DNA of 64,000 nt from an uncultured delta proteobacterium (GCA_963803975.1 CAWDOY010000039.1:1-64000); one strand, 5' to 3'; shown: positions 9,299 to 22,922, counted from the first letter of the stretch. Program-made: numbers and translations. The notes: generated by a model from the letters alone, not told the origin.

Positions 9299-11927
9299 AT
9301 GAACGATTCAGCTATTGCACAAAAAATTCTCGCTTCGCGGAGGCGGCTCATTGATCAAGCCTCCCGCACCACATCGCTACAAGGCAGAGGAAGAAGGCGG
9401 CTGCGGTGTCACCGGGTTCGCTTCCTCCATTCCGGTCGGCGGCAAACATATCTTTGAGCCGTCGGTGCAGATGCACAACCGGGGCAACGGCAAGGGCGGC
9501 GGCATTGCGGCTGCAGGGCTGTGTGCCGATGACCTGGGGGTTTCCCGGGAGATTTTAGACGACGACTACCTGCTGCAGATCGCGTTTCTTGACCCCGCTG
9601 CCCGGGAACAGGTCGAGCGCGAATGCGTGCTGCCGTTTTTTAAAATTGACAGCTCAGGTAAAATCCCCGCGGTTGATGACTACCGGGATATCGAAGGCCT
9701 TGAGACGCGGCCGCCCGATGTATGGCGCTACTTTGTGCGGGTGCAGGAGAATGTTCTCAAAGATTTCATAGCCAGGAGCGGGCTGCAGGCGATGCCGCAG
9801 CGCAAGGCTGAAGATGAGTTCGTCTATCAGAATTCATACCGCCTGAACCAGCAGTTCTATGCCTCCCTGGGCGAGAAAAAAGCCTTTGTCCTGTCACATG
9901 GCCGGGACATGCTGGTGCTGAAAATTGTCGGCTACGCTGAGAAGGTGGCCCAGTATTACCAGCTCGAAAATTTCAAGGCCCATATCTGGATCGCCCACCA
10001 GCGCTACCCCACCAAGGGACGGGTGTGGCATCCGGGCGGCGCGCACCCCTTTATCGGCATGCATGAGGCGCTGGTGCACAACGGCGATTTTGCCAACTAC
10101 CATTCAGTGAGCGAGTATCTCCGGCAGCGCAATATCGTTCCCCAGTTTCTCACTGACACGGAAGTATCGGTACTTCTGTTTGACCTGTGGAACCGGGTTT
10201 ATGAATATCCTCTTGAGTACATCATCGAAGCGCTGGCGCCGACCGGCGAGATGGATTTTGACTGTTTGCCCCCGGAAAAGCAGAAAATCTACCGCGCCAT
10301 TCAGGCGTCCCATATTCACGGCTCACCTGACGGCCCGTGGTTTTTTATCATCGCCCGGCACGACCCCTACACCCGGCGCTATCAGCTGATCGGCATCACC
10401 GACACCTCCATGCTCCGGCCCCAGGTTTTTGCCCTGCAGGAGGCGGACGGGGTGCAGATCGGACTGGTCTGCTCGGAGAAGCAGGCCATAGACGCGACCC
10501 TGCACAGCCTCTCGCAGGAGGACAAGCGCTTCAGCCCCATAGCCGATAAATACTGGAACGCCCGCGGCGGCAGCCACACTGACGGCGGCTCGTTTCTGTT
10601 TGAGTTTACCAAGGACAGCTCGGCCAGTGCTGCAGCCGACTTTACTTGTACGGATAAATTCGGTAAGGTTATCTCAACGCCAAAGGACAAGTTGCCCGCT
10701 GACCGCACCATAGAGATCTTCTCCACGCCCGCCGCTGAAGCTGTCTCTGAGATGGAAAAGGCGCTGGAAGAAAAAACCGCCTGGCAGCTGTTTCAATTTA
10801 TTCGTGATAACCTGGCCCGCTGGGATTTTAACACCCTGAGCTGGTGCTGCCAGAGAATCTCCGCTTACGGCGCCGCGGGAGATGACTGCAGGGAAAAGGC
10901 CATCGAGGCGCTCACCCTGCTCATTGATTTCCGCTATGATACCGGCGCCAAAAAACGCAGCTCAATACTTGAGATACTGCACCGCAGCCTGCATGAACTG
11001 TTTGCCGGTGTGCCGAAGATTGCCGGGAAGGCTTCCGGCCGCTTTGTCTGGATTGACTGGCAGACACGCGCCAAGCTGCGCAGCCCGAAAAAAACGGAAA
11101 CAACCCTTATTATCTACGCCAAGGAGTTCCCGCCGGAAGGCGATGAGTGCGATGCGCGGCTGATCTGCGCGGCCTTTGAGCTCGGGTGGAAGCGATTTAT
11201 GGTATATGGTTTGCGCGGCCAGCGCTTTCAAGGGTGCGGACTGGGCCCTGATACTGACGGGGTGCGCATCGATGTCTATGACAGTTCCGGCGACTACCTG
11301 GCATCAGGAATTGACGGACTGGAGATCTTTGTCCACGGCAATGCCCAGGACCAGCTCGGCCAGATACTGAAAGCAGGCAAACTGGTCATTTACGGCGATG
11401 TGGGGCAGACCTTTCTCTACGGCGCAAAGGGCGGTGAGGTGTACGTGCAGGGAAACGCCGCGGGCCGCCCGCTGATTAACGCCGTGGGCCGTCCGCGGGT
11501 CGTGATTAACGGCACCTGCCTTGACTACCTGGCGGAATCATGCATGGCCGGCGATCCCCTGAAGGGAGGAGGATTTGTCATCCTGAATGGCCTTGAGTTT
11601 GACGACAACGGCGCAATACGTGAGCAGGCCGCACCGTACCCGGGCTCAAACCTGTTCTCGCTGGCCTCCGGCGGCGCCATCTATGTGCGGGACCCGCAGC
11701 ACACGGTGGTTGCGGAACAGCTGAACGGCGGAGCAATTATCCAGCTGACTCCTGAAGACTGGAGCCTCATTCTCCCCTACCTGCAGGAGAATGAAAAGCT
11801 GTTCGGCATTTCCATAGAAAAAGACCTGCTGACCGTCAACGGCGCGCGCAAAAAACCCGAAGAGGTGTACCGCAAAGTGGCAGCGGTCAAGCTGGCCGTG
11901 CTCACCGACGTTGATGACGACGCCTGA
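9299..11927 (+). CDS. Glutamate synthase amidotransferase (Ntn) plus C-terminal GXGXG domain fusion; probable frameshift near 9370
   Basis: EEEGG|CGVTG Ntn start, HNRGNGKGGG, AHQRYPT, HPF, HNGD, TDTEV; GDYLASG, GNAAGR, GGAIYVR repeats. ATG 9299 (MNDSAIAQKILASRR) is a likelier start than TTG 9315. Confidence 0.88.
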
Positions 11928-12008
11928 AAGCAGTGCTGAGTAAAATATAACATTTCAGTACTCATAGCCCTCAGCACGTATTCATCTGCACACAGCAGCG
12001 ACACTATT

Positions 12009-13130
12009 ATGAAAGCAATCCTGGCCCTGGAAGACGGAACCGTATTTGTCGGAACAGCGTTTGGCGCAACCGGCGAGCGCTACGGCGAAGTAGTCTTCAA
12101 CACCAGCATGACCGGGTACCAGGAGATACTCACCGATCCCTCCTACAAGGGTCAGATCGTTACCATGACCTATCCCCTCATTGGCAACTACGGCATCAAT
12201 GATGAGGATGCCGAGTCAGCACACCCCCAGGTAGAAGGTTTTGTGGTGCGCGAGGTAAGCCGCATCGCAAGCAACTGGCGCTCGCAGAAGTCACTCGTCG
12301 AGTACCTGCAGGAGCACCAGGTTGTGGGTATTGAGGGCATTGACACCAGGGCCCTGACCAAACATATCCGCACTGCCGGTGCCATGAAGGCGGTGCTGTC
12401 AACTGATGACCTTGATGAAAAACGCCTGGTACAAAAAGCCCGCGACTCCCGGGGACTGGTGGGAATTGATCTGGTACAAGAGGTAACCTGCGAGAAGCCC
12501 TACTCCTGGAATGAGTTTATCCGGCCTTCAGCCGCGCGGGAGAGAGAGTCCCGGCCTGAGATTGAATCGTTTCCCTACCGGGTAGTTGCCATAGACTGCG
12601 GCATCAAATATAACATCCTGCGCCTGCTGCGCAGCGCCGGCTGCGATGTCACGGTAGTGCCTGCGACAACAACAGCCCGGGAGATTGCCGCGCTCAATCC
12701 CAGCGGTATTTTTCTCTCTAACGGCCCCGGCGATCCCGCGGCAGTGCCCTATGTGGTTGAGACCCTGCGCAAGCTCATGCCTGACTATCCGGTGCTCGGC
12801 ATCTGCCTTGGCCATCAGATGCTGGGCCTGGCCTGCGGCGGTAAAACCTATAAGCTTAAATTCGGCCACCGGGGCGGAAACCAGCCGGTACAGTACCTGC
12901 CCACGGGAAAAGTTGCTATCACCAGCCAGAACCACGGCTTCTGTGTGGACCTTGACTCGATCAACCGGGATGAAGTGGAGCTGACCCATATTAATTTAAA
13001 TGACCGCACGGTTGAGGGCATGCGCCTTAAAAAATATCCGGTCTTCTCCATCCAGTATCACCCTGAGTCTTCTCCCGGGCCTCATGATGCCCGGTACCTG
13101 TTCAATGAGTTCGTAAAATTAATGCACTGA
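12009..13130 (+). CDS. carA: Carbamoyl-phosphate synthase small subunit
   Basis: [45 protein letters not shown]. Confidence 0.98.
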   Translation: MKAILALEDGTVFVGTAFGATGERYGEVVFNTSMTGYQEILTDPSYKGQIVTMTYPLIGNYGINDEDAESAHPQVEGFVVREVSRIASNWRSQKSLVEYLQEHQVVGIEGIDTRALTKHIRTAGAMKAVLSTDDLDEKRLVQKARDSRGLVGIDLVQEVTCEKPYSWNEFIRPSAARERESRPEIESFPYRVVAIDCGIKYNILRLLRSAGCDVTVVPATTTAREIAALNPSGIFLSNGPGDPAAVPYVVETLRKLMPDYPVLGICLGHQMLGLACGGKTYKLKFGHRGGNQPVQYLPTGKVAITSQNHGFCVDLDSINRDEVELTHINLNDRTVEGMRLKKYPVFSIQYHPESSPGPHDARYLFNEFVKLMH

Positions 13131-13149
13131 CAAATCGCTGATATAACCC

Positions 13150-16100
13150 ATGCCGCGCAGAACCGATATCCGCAAAATCCTCATCATAGGCTCAGGTCCC
13201 ATCATCATCAGCCAGGCGTGCGAGTTTGACTACTCCGGCGCCCAGGCCTGCAAGGCTCTGAAAGAAGAGGGCTTTGAGGTCGTGCTGGTAAACAGCAACC
13301 CGGCCACCATCATGACCGACCCGGAGATGGCTGACCGTACCTACATTGAGCCCATAACCCCGGATATTGTTGAGCTGATTATCAAGCGTGAGCGCCCCGA
13401 TGCGCTGCTTCCCACCATGGGCGGCCAGACCGCCCTTAATATTGCCTCGCAGCTTGCTGAAAGCGGCGTGCTGGAGCGCTACGGGGTAACAATGATCGGC
13501 GCCAACTACGAGGCGATCCGCAAGGCAGAAGACCGCAACCACTTCAAGGAGGCCATGAAAAAGCTCGGGCTTGATCTCCCCCAGAGCGGCCTTGCCTACA
13601 CCATGGCAGAAGCCCGCGCTATCGCGGCGGAGCTCGGCTTCCCGCTCATCATCCGGCCGAGCTACACCCTGGGCGGCACCGGCGGCGGCATTACCTATAA
13701 CATCCGGGAGTTTGAGGACATTGCGGCCCAGGGCCTGCAGAACAGCATGATCAGCGAAATACTGGTGGAGGAGTCGGTCATCGGCTGGAAGGAGTTTGAG
13801 CTTGAAGTGATGCGCGACCTGCAGGACAATGTGGTCATCATCTGCTCCATTGAGAATCTCGATCCCATGGGTATCCACACCGGGGACTCCATCACCGTGG
13901 CTCCGGCTCAGACCCTCACCGACAAGGAATACCAGGAGATGCGCGATGCCGCCATCGCCATCATCCGCGAAATAGGCGTTGAGACCGGCGGATCCAACAT
14001 CCAGTTTGCCGTGAACCCGGCCAACGGACGCATGGTGGTGATCGAGATGAATCCCCGGGTCTCGCGCAGCTCAGCCCTTGCCTCCAAGGCTACCGGCTTT
14101 CCCATTGCCAAGATGGCGGCAAAGCTCGCCGTGGGCTACACGCTCGATGAAATTCCCAATGATATCACCAAAGAAACCCCGGCATCCTTTGAGCCGTCCA
14201 TTGATTACTGCGTGGTGAAAATTCCCCGCTTCACCTTTGAGAAATTTCCGGAGACCGATCCGACCCTGGGCATCTCCATGAAGTCCGTGGGCGAAACCAT
14301 GGCCATCGGCAGAACCTTTAAAGAGGCGCTGCAGAAGGGCTTGCGCTCTCTTGAAATCGGCCGCTCCGGGCTCGGGGCGGACGGCAAGGACCCCCGGGTG
14401 AGCAACCAGGATGACTGGCTCGCCACGGTCCGGAAAAAGCTTGCCAGCCAGAACTCTGAGCGCATTTTCTATATTCGCCACGCGCTGCAGCTCGGCATGA
14501 GCGTTGAAGAAATCCACGCGCTGAGTAAGATTGATCCCTGGTTTCTCTGCAACATACAGCAGATTGTGGAGACCGAGCAGGAAATAAAAGACGCGGTCGC
14601 ACGCGCAGAAAGTGGTCTCATGGCCCTGGAGGATACCGCATTCCTGCGCAGGGTAAAGGAATACGGGTTCTCCGACCGGCAGCTCGCGCATCTCTGCGGC
14701 TCTGATGAGGACAGCGTGCGCCGGCTGCGGCTGCAGGCAGGCGTCAAACCGGTGTTTAAACTGGTGGACACCTGCGCCGCGGAGTTTGAGGCCTACACCC
14801 CGTATTACTATTCAACCTACGAGCGGGAAAATGAGGTCAGAAAGAGCGCCCATAAAAAGATTATGATACTCGGCGGCGGGCCGAACCGCATCGGCCAGGG
14901 GATCGAGTTTGACTACTGCTGCGTGCATGCCTCGTTTGCCCTGAAGGAGCTCGGGTTTGAGACCATCATGGTGAACAGCAACCCGGAAACCGTGAGCACG
15001 GACTATGACACCTCAAGCAGGCTCTACTTTGAACCATTGACGCTTGAGGATGTGCTCGCTATTGTGGATGAAGAAAAGCCCGACGGTGTCATTGTCCAGT
15101 TCGGCGGGCAGACGCCGCTCAACCTGGCAGTGCCGCTGGCGCGCTGCGGCGTGCCCATCATCGGCACATCGCCTGACAGCATTGACTGCGCTGAAGACCG
15201 GGAGCGGTTTAAAGAGATTCTTTCAAAGCTCGGCCTGCACCAGCCGCCGAACGCCACGGCCCTGTCCGCAGGTGAGGCGGTGCGCAAGGCAAAAGAGCTG
15301 GGATTTCCGGTGCTGGTAAGGCCGTCATATGTTCTGGGCGGCAGGGCCATGCGCATTGTCTATGATGAAGAGAGCATAGAGCGCTTCATCCATGAGGCCA
15401 TGCAGGTCAACCCCGACCACCCGGTGCTGATTGATAAATTTCTGGAAGATGCCATCGAGATTGATGTGGACGCGGTTGCGGACGGAAAGCGCTGCATGAT
15501 AGCAGGCATCATGGAGCATATCGAGGAAGCGGGCATCCACTCCGGGGACAGCGCCTGCGTGCTGCCGCCCTATTCCCTGCCTGAGCATATTATTGCCATT
15601 ATCCGCCAGAACACCAATGCCCTGGCCCGTGAGCTGAACGTCATCGGGCTCATGAATATACAGTTTGCCGTGAAGAACGATACGGTATATATTCTTGAGG
15701 TAAATCCCCGGGCATCGCGCACCGTGCCGTTTGTCAGCAAGGCCACCGGCATCCCCTGGGCAAAGATTGCGGCCAAGGTCATGGCGGGCAAGACCCTTGA
15801 TGAGCTTGGCATAACAAAAGAGATTGCCATTACCCACTATGCCGTGAAAGAAGCGGTATTCCCGTTTAACCGCTTCCCCGGCGTCGACACTATTCTGGGC
15901 CCGGAGATGAAGTCAACGGGCGAGGTCATGGGCATTGACGGAGATTTCGGCATCGCTTTTATCAAGTCCCAGATTGCCGCAGGCCAGCGCCTGCCGCAGG
16001 AAGGAACCGTGCTCATCAGCGTCAGTGATAAGGATAAAGGGCCGATTGCTCCTATTGCAAAAAAGCTTGAAGCGCTCGGCTTCAAGCTGCTGGGCACCCG

Positions 16101-16446
16101 GGGCACTGCCCGGTTTCTCAGTGAGAAGGGAATCGCTGTCAGCCCGGTGGCAAAGCTTGGCGAGGGCCGGCCGAACATTTTAGATTTGATAAAAAATTCA
16201 GAGATCAGCCTGGTCATCAATACCCCGTCCGGAAAAGAGGCGGCAGCAGACCAGATCACCATCAGGCGCAGCGCCATCAGCTACGCCGTCCCCTACATCA
16301 CCACGGTGCCGGGTGCTGCGGCAGCAGTCAGGGGTATTGCATCGCTGCAGAAGGGCGAGATTTCGGTCAGGACCATACAGGAATACCACGGGGATATACA
16401 TAATAAAATCCAAATGTCAAAGAATCCAAATGTCAAAGAGAAATAG
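13150..16446 (+). CDS. carB: Carbamoyl-phosphate synthase large subunit
   Basis: [30 protein letters not shown], two ATP-grasp halves, C-terminal MGS-like domain. Confidence 0.99.
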   Translation: MPRRTDIRKILIIGSGPIIISQACEFDYSGAQACKALKEEGFEVVLVNSNPATIMTDPEMADRTYIEPITPDIVELIIKRERPDALLPTMGGQTALNIASQLAESGVLERYGVTMIGANYEAIRKAEDRNHFKEAMKKLGLDLPQSGLAYTMAEARAIAAELGFPLIIRPSYTLGGTGGGITYNIREFEDIAAQGLQNSMISEILVEESVIGWKEFELEVMRDLQDNVVIICSIENLDPMGIHTGDSITVAPAQTLTDKEYQEMRDAAIAIIREIGVETGGSNIQFAVNPANGRMVVIEMNPRVSRSSALASKATGFPIAKMAAKLAVGYTLDEIPNDITKETPASFEPSIDYCVVKIPRFTFEKFPETDPTLGISMKSVGETMAIGRTFKEALQKGLRSLEIGRSGLGADGKDPRVSNQDDWLATVRKKLASQNSERIFYIRHALQLGMSVEEIHALSKIDPWFLCNIQQIVETEQEIKDAVARAESGLMALEDTAFLRRVKEYGFSDRQLAHLCGSDEDSVRRLRLQAGVKPVFKLVDTCAAEFEAYTPYYYSTYERENEVRKSAHKKIMILGGGPNRIGQGIEFDYCCVHASFALKELGFETIMVNSNPETVSTDYDTSSRLYFEPLTLEDVLAIVDEEKPDGVIVQFGGQTPLNLAVPLARCGVPIIGTSPDSIDCAEDRERFKEILSKLGLHQPPNATALSAGEAVRKAKELGFPVLVRPSYVLGGRAMRIVYDEESIERFIHEAMQVNPDHPVLIDKFLEDAIEIDVDAVADGKRCMIAGIMEHIEEAGIHSGDSACVLPPYSLPEHIIAIIRQNTNALARELNVIGLMNIQFAVKNDTVYILEVNPRASRTVPFVSKATGIPWAKIAAKVMAGKTLDELGITKEIAITHYAVKEAVFPFNRFPGVDTILGPEMKSTGEVMGIDGDFGIAFIKSQIAAGQRLPQEGTVLISVSDKDKGPIAPIAKKLEALGFKLLGTRGTARFLSEKGIAVSPVAKLGEGRPNILDLIKNSEISLVINTPSGKEAAADQITIRRSAISYAVPYITTVPGAAAAVRGIASLQKGEISVRTIQEYHGDIHNKIQMSKNPNVKEK

Positions 16447-16500
16447 TTTAATTTGACATTTGACATTCATTTGGAATTTTGGATTTTGACATTTGACATT
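16405..16500. repeat. Inverted array of 7-mers (AAATGTC/TTTGACA) overlapping the carB 3' end
   Basis: ATCCAAATGTCAAAGAATCCAAATGTCAAA ... TTTGACATTTGACATT..TTTGGA..TTTTGACATTTGACATT; related patch at 9230-9260. Confidence 0.75.
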
Positions 16501-16511
16501 ATAAGACGGCG

Positions 16512-17924
<1,413 letters not shown>

Positions 17925-17966
17925 GATATTTATTCAACATTTCCGGCTGAGCCGGTTTGAGGAAAA

Positions 17967-18725
17967 GTGGAAAAGAAGAAAAAGTTTTACAGCGTCGCGC
18001 GGGGACGAAACACCGGGATATTCAGCGCGTGGTTTGGCCCCGGTAATGCCGAGTCGCAGATAAAGGGATTTGAGGGTGCGCGTTATAAAGGATTCCCCAC
18101 CATCGAGGAGGCCCGCGCGTGGCTTAAATCCATGGAGAGCGGGAGCGGGTCCTCATCCGGTAAAAGCAGCGCCAGAAAAAAGAGCGCTGCCGCGGCTTCT
18201 GCTGCTTTTCGCGAGCTGGTGCCGGAAGCAGGAACCGTTCTGATGTACACTGACGGCGGCTGCAGTTACAATCCCGGGCCCGGCGGTTACGGCGTGGTGA
18301 TTTTGCGCGATGGACAGCGGCTGGAGCTTTCAGGGGGATTTCGCCTGACCACCAATAACCGCATGGAGCTCGCAGCCTGCATTGAAGGGCTCAAAGCGCT
18401 TGAAACCCCGTCAAAGGTCACTGTTATCTCTGATTCAAAATACCTGGTCGATGCTGCGACAAAGGGCTGGGCGCGCAAGTGGCAAAAGAATGGATGGATG
18501 CGGACCAAAACTGATACGGCAGAGAACTATGATTTATGGGAGCAGCTCCTTGACCTGTGCGACAAACATAGCGTTGAGTTTGTGTGGGTGAAGGGCCATG
18601 CGGGAAACACGGAAAACGAATGCTGCGACCGGCTGGCGGTTGCGGCAGCTGCAGGCAAAAACCTGCCGCCGGACAAAGCCTATGAGAGCGGCGCAACCAG
18701 GGTTATGAAAAAAAGCTTACCCTAA
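17967..18725 (+). CDS. rnhA: Ribonuclease HI with N-terminal hybrid-binding (viroplasmin-like) domain
   Basis: KFYSVARGRNTGIF..W..YKGF, then YTDGGCSYNPGPGG, TTNNRMEL, DSKY, WVKGHAG..ENECCDRLA. Confidence 0.95.
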   Translation: MEKKKKFYSVARGRNTGIFSAWFGPGNAESQIKGFEGARYKGFPTIEEARAWLKSMESGSGSSSGKSSARKKSAAAASAAFRELVPEAGTVLMYTDGGCSYNPGPGGYGVVILRDGQRLELSGGFRLTTNNRMELAACIEGLKALETPSKVTVISDSKYLVDAATKGWARKWQKNGWMRTKTDTAENYDLWEQLLDLCDKHSVEFVWVKGHAGNTENECCDRLAVAAAAGKNLPPDKAYESGATRVMKKSLP

Positions 18726-18739
18726 GCCCCTCTCTGCCG

Positions 18740-18997
18740 TTACTCTGCCGGCTTTTGAATATTTCGCACCAGCCGGCGCCTCCGGGGGCCGCGCTGCTTT
18801 ATGATGAGCCCGTCCAGAAAACGCCGCAGCAGCTGGTCCCCGCACGCCCGGTAGTTTTTGTGTTCCGGATTTCTGAAGAGCGCACTCAGCTCCGAGCTGC
18901 TGATCTCGAAATCTGCAAGTTTCAGAATTTCAATAATATCAGTATCGTGCAGTTCAAGTGCTATTCTCAGTTTTTTAAGAATATCGTTGTTAATCAC
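18740..18997 (-). CDS. DUF1456 (YehS-like) protein
   Basis: NNDILKKLRIAL...CGDQLLRRFLDGLI. Confidence 0.8.
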   Translation of the reverse strand: MINNDILKKLRIALELHDTDIIEILKLADFEISSSELSALFRNPEHKNYRACGDQLLRRFLDGLIIKQRGPRRRRLVRNIQKPAE

Positions 18998-19140
18998 GTC
19001 ATCCTCTTGCGCGCGGAAGCCGGCTATTAATCAATAGTATTAACCTTGATCCATGATTAGTAACTGGTGGCCGAAAAGCTCGTTGCTGGCCTGTCGAACC
19101 GTGAATAGTGAATAGTGCCCTCTGACCCTTACCCCTTTCC

Positions 19141-19590
19141 TCAGCCCGCTTTTTGCGCAAGCTCCCTGCCAAGTGCGCGGCACTTCTGCCGCGCTTCTTC
19201 TGCATTGGACGGGTTCCGCTCAATGGTTTCGCCTACCTGTTTAAAGAAGCGGTTGCCGAATTTCTCCAGGCTCTGCTTGACGATACCGCCGCCGCCGTGG
19301 GAATAAAAGAATGCCGCGGGTTTGCCGGTCACTGCTTTTCCTGCCTTGTCCCACAGATACAGATCATCAAAGAATGTTTTGAGCGTGCCGGCCACGTAGC
19401 TGTAATAGTCGGGCGTGCCGATGGCAACCGCGTCGGCGCTCAAGAACTCGTCAAGCGTGACCCGCCGCTCATTGGTATTGATCTTCTCTACCTGTGCCCC
19501 GGCCTCACGGGCACCTTCGGCAAGCGCGTCTGCAAGCTCCCCGGTGTGGCCGTATTGCTGGCTGTGATACATAATGATAATTTTTCCCAT
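19141..19590 (-). CDS. Flavodoxin family protein
   Basis: MYHSQQYGHTGELA, IGTPDYY, GKPAAFFYSHGGGG. Confidence 0.88.
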   Translation of the reverse strand: MGKIIIMYHSQQYGHTGELADALAEGAREAGAQVEKINTNERRVTLDEFLSADAVAIGTPDYYSYVAGTLKTFFDDLYLWDKAGKAVTGKPAAFFYSHGGGGIVKQSLEKFGNRFFKQVGETIERNPSNAEEARQKCRALGRELAQKAG

Positions 19591-19801
19591 CTGCTTCTCC
19601 TTTGTAGTTGAGTTCCGTTTCCGGTATCTGCGGAAGATAAATCAGAGTGTAACATGACTCGGTATGATTTACCGGCAGTAAGTTTCTGACAGATAAACTT
19701 ATAAGAGAAGATTGCCGGTGAGTCAATACAATTGAGGCGTGAAGATAAAGAGGGATAGCCATTGTGCTGCCAAGGCCGCGCGAAGAGAAGCGTGCCAGAG
19801 A

Positions 19802-20593
19802 TTACGGGTGGATGGGGTTGTTTAGCTCGCCCAGGAGCTCTCTGGCAGCTTTATTTTTAGGGTCCAGCGCATAAGCCTTTTGCGCATAATAGAGGGCTCC
19901 AACCGGGTTACCCACCTTAGAAAATAGTGTTCCCAGGGCGACACAGGCCTCTATATCATTCGGGTTGAAATTTTCCGTATAGGCAAGGTAGCACCGGGAC
20001 TGTGTATACCTGTCGCCCTGAGCGGAATACTGTTCAGCACGCGCAAACAGGGCGCTCCGTATCAGCGCCAGATCCTGCGCGGGACTGGCAGATGCGTTCA
20101 TCGCGGTTTTAAATTCTATGATGGCTGCCTTCATGTCCCCTTTATTTCCCCGCTCCAGGAGCGCTTTCCCCAGCCAGAGGCAGAGGCTGCTGTCCTTCTG
20201 CTCAAGCTTTACTGCTTCCTTGAAAAACCGGACTGCAAGGTCATATTCCTTCTTGTCAAAGGCGCTCTGACCGCCGGCAGTCAAAACAGTTTTCAGCCTG
20301 CTGCTGATGCCGGCCTCCGTTGCGGCAGCTGCCATGGCCTGCTGAGCTGATTTTAAAGCAGCTTCCGGGTCCCCCTTCTTCAGGCTGCACTCTGCCAGGT
20401 AAACATATCCCTCCCGCAGATCAGGCTCCTTTCGCAGGGCATCGACAAATTTCAAGGAAGCCTTTTCACAGTCACCGGCATTATAAAGAGCCACTCCCGC
20501 ATTAAAGTCTTTTTTGCCCTGCGTAGCAGGAAGGATTGCGCACCCGCCCATAAAAATAATGAAAGCGCATGTGCAATAAAAAACTCTGGGCAT
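19802..20593 (-). CDS. TPR-repeat lipoprotein
   Basis: FIIFMGG|C lipobox-like site, multiple TPR-like helices; start taken at MPRV. Confidence 0.8.
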   Translation of the reverse strand: MPRVFYCTCAFIIFMGGCAILPATQGKKDFNAGVALYNAGDCEKASLKFVDALRKEPDLREGYVYLAECSLKKGDPEAALKSAQQAMAAAATEAGISSRLKTVLTAGGQSAFDKKEYDLAVRFFKEAVKLEQKDSSLCLWLGKALLERGNKGDMKAAIIEFKTAMNASASPAQDLALIRSALFARAEQYSAQGDRYTQSRCYLAYTENFNPNDIEACVALGTLFSKVGNPVGALYYAQKAYALDPKNKAARELLGELNNPIHP

Positions 20594-20612
20594 GGTGTTT
20601 CTCCGCTCATGC

Positions 20613-20666
20613 AAAAAAGCCGGCTTTCCCGCCGGGTAACGCATTTCCCTGAAAGCCGGCTTTTTT
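20613..20666. terminator. Hairpin with A/T tracts on both sides
   Basis: AAAAAAGCCGGCTTTC ... GAAAGCCGGCTTTTTT. Confidence 0.55.
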
Positions 20667-20744
20667 ATAAGATCACTGTTAAACCCTTATCCCGGTTATT
20701 CCGGGCGCAGCCCCTAAGCGCAGGCTGCGAAGAACATGCTATAC

Positions 20745-22523
20745 CTATTTCCTGAACGAATCGCCAAAGCAGTACACATGTCCGTTATAGGACCCATAAT
20801 AGACATGGCCGTCTGCCAGGGCGACCGAGCCCAGGGTATAAAAAGATACCTGGTACGGATCATGCCCCTTGACGACAAACTCGCTGTTATCGTCTGCGAG
20901 AAACTGATATTCCCATACCTGCTTTACGGTGTTACACAACGTAGCATAGTTGAAGCAGAACAGCTTTTCCCTGCCCTTGGTCCCGCTGCCCTGCCAGGCC
21001 CGCTCAAAGTCAGTCCCGCCTATATATAATAGCCCCTGCGCAGGCACTATCGCCATGGCGCTGGCACCGGGGAACCAGTAACCAGATTTGGGCTGCCCGT
21101 CTTTGGGCTTCCAGTTCGGCACGCCCATGTAGGTTTCCCTGATCAGCCGACCGGTCTTCATATCAAGTACGAATATATGGCCGGTGTCGGAAGCCCCGAG
21201 CACCCAGCCGCGGCGCTCATCAATTGCCATGGAGGATGCGATACCGGTCGCTCCCATGGCGCAGAACCCGCCGTGGTAGGTCCATTTAACCTGGCCGGTG
21301 GTTATGTCTACCGCCCATACCGCGCCGTCTCCTTCCGGGTAAAAGATAGTATTGTGCGCCAGGGAAATGGCCGGGTTGCCGCCCTGCGCCAGGGGGATCG
21401 GCCCCACGTGCCAGAGCTTTTTCCCCGTATTTATGTCGCAGGCCGCCATCTGGCCATAGTGATAGTCAATAACCGTATCAGCATTGAAAAATACTTTGCC
21501 GTCAGCGACCGGGGGAATGTTGGTAACCCCGCATCCGCCGGGGTCCCAGCCCCACAGAATGTTGCCGGTGTTTTTATCAGCGCAGTAGGTCCAGCCGTCC
21601 CGGCCCACCCAGTACATCTTGTAGTCTTTATCAAATGACGGCCAGCCCGGAACGCTGTGGCCGGAGGCATCAAGGATAAACGGGAAGGCCTTGAACACCC
21701 AGTAAAAGCTCGGAAGAAATGATCCAAAGAAAAGCTTGTCGTTATATACGGACGGCGGAGACAGATGCCAGGCAAATTTTTGGTCATACCATTTTCTGCC
21801 TTCGTTGGGCCCGCCCGACTCTTTCCACGGCTGCTTCTCCCACAGCTCTGTGCCGTCGTTCAGCTGCCTTGCGATGAACCGGCCGTCCATGGTGCCAAAG
21901 TAAATCCGTGCGGGGCTGGCATCAGTATCAATGGTTGCAGCGGTAAGAAACACGCCGTATTCCGGCGGGAAGTGCAGCGGGCTGATGAGAGAAAGGCCGA
22001 ACAGGTCACTGCCGTCGGTATTGCAGTCATTGGGCTTGTCCTTGCATTCATAGCACCAGTCCGGGCATTTCCCGTCTATGGTGTAACCGCAGACCCCCAG
22101 GTTGGTCTGCAGATCAGGCGAAGAGCCCTGGCACCAGTCCGGAGGCGTATCAGCAGGGTCCGGCGGGCGGGGTATCCAGGTGTATGTATTTGTCCATTTT
22201 AATTCCCCGGTATATTGATCGCGCGCTTCAATAACGCCTCCGTTGCCGGTTGTTATAACTATGTCATCTCCCACCACCACCGGTGTTGAACAGCGTGCGG
22301 GTGTGCCCAGGGGCGGCTCATTGGTGCGGGTTTTGTCCCACAGCAGTTTTGCGCTGGTCGGGTAGCCCCGGTCAGGCACTGCGCCGGTGTTTTGCAGATC
22401 ATGCCGCCATGAAAGCCATGGGTAGGTCGTGGCCCGGGCCTGCGGAGTGATCAGAACCGCGCTCAGGCACCAGGCAAAAATGACCGCGGCCATGAGCAGG
22501 CGAAGAAATTTTTCCTCTTTCAT
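20745..22523 (-). CDS. Secreted Cys-rich PQQ-like beta-propeller protein
   Basis: Signal peptide (QARA|), WLSWRHDLQNTG, repeated D..TG...W blades, VYYGSYNGHVYCF end; RBS GGAGG before ATG 22523. Confidence 0.85.
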   Translation of the reverse strand: MKEEKFLRLLMAAVIFAWCLSAVLITPQARATTYPWLSWRHDLQNTGAVPDRGYPTSAKLLWDKTRTNEPPLGTPARCSTPVVVGDDIVITTGNGGVIEARDQYTGELKWTNTYTWIPRPPDPADTPPDWCQGSSPDLQTNLGVCGYTIDGKCPDWCYECKDKPNDCNTDGSDLFGLSLISPLHFPPEYGVFLTAATIDTDASPARIYFGTMDGRFIARQLNDGTELWEKQPWKESGGPNEGRKWYDQKFAWHLSPPSVYNDKLFFGSFLPSFYWVFKAFPFILDASGHSVPGWPSFDKDYKMYWVGRDGWTYCADKNTGNILWGWDPGGCGVTNIPPVADGKVFFNADTVIDYHYGQMAACDINTGKKLWHVGPIPLAQGGNPAISLAHNTIFYPEGDGAVWAVDITTGQVKWTYHGGFCAMGATGIASSMAIDERRGWVLGASDTGHIFVLDMKTGRLIRETYMGVPNWKPKDGQPKSGYWFPGASAMAIVPAQGLLYIGGTDFERAWQGSGTKGREKLFCFNYATLCNTVKQVWEYQFLADDNSEFVVKGHDPYQVSFYTLGSVALADGHVYYGSYNGHVYCFGDSFRK

Positions 22524-22922
22524 ACGTACCTCCCTGTGTTTGTGAATAGGATAACGTAGTGGAGTGTTTGCTGCCAACCCCCCGGTTAATTAAAACCCTC
22601 TTTCTATTAACCGGTCATATATATATATAAGTTATTGAGGGAACTATTGCAATGAAGTTTTAAAACAGGATCAGAAATATATCCAGGGATAGGAATGAGA
22701 CTGTTTTATCGCGACACAGTACACAAATACTATATCGTTCCCTACCCTTGGTGTTGCTGCTGAAAAAACTGCGTGTCAAGGCTACGGTTCGCATTATCAA
22801 ATAGACCATCCCGGGTTTTTTGCTGATTTTCAAGTATGCAGAAAAGCCGGGAACTGGTATAAAGGAATAAAAAGACCGGGTGCGGCTGTCGGTCTTTTTC
22901 CGGGAGCATGCAGTTATTTTTA

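Noticed and set aside
3458..16277. Long antisense ORFs (e.g. 3458-4318, 13192-13878, 14071-14691)
   Set aside because: Shadows of GC-rich housekeeping genes on the opposite strand
16405..16500. CRISPR-like array
   Set aside because: Units are 7-mers without unique spacers; no cas genes
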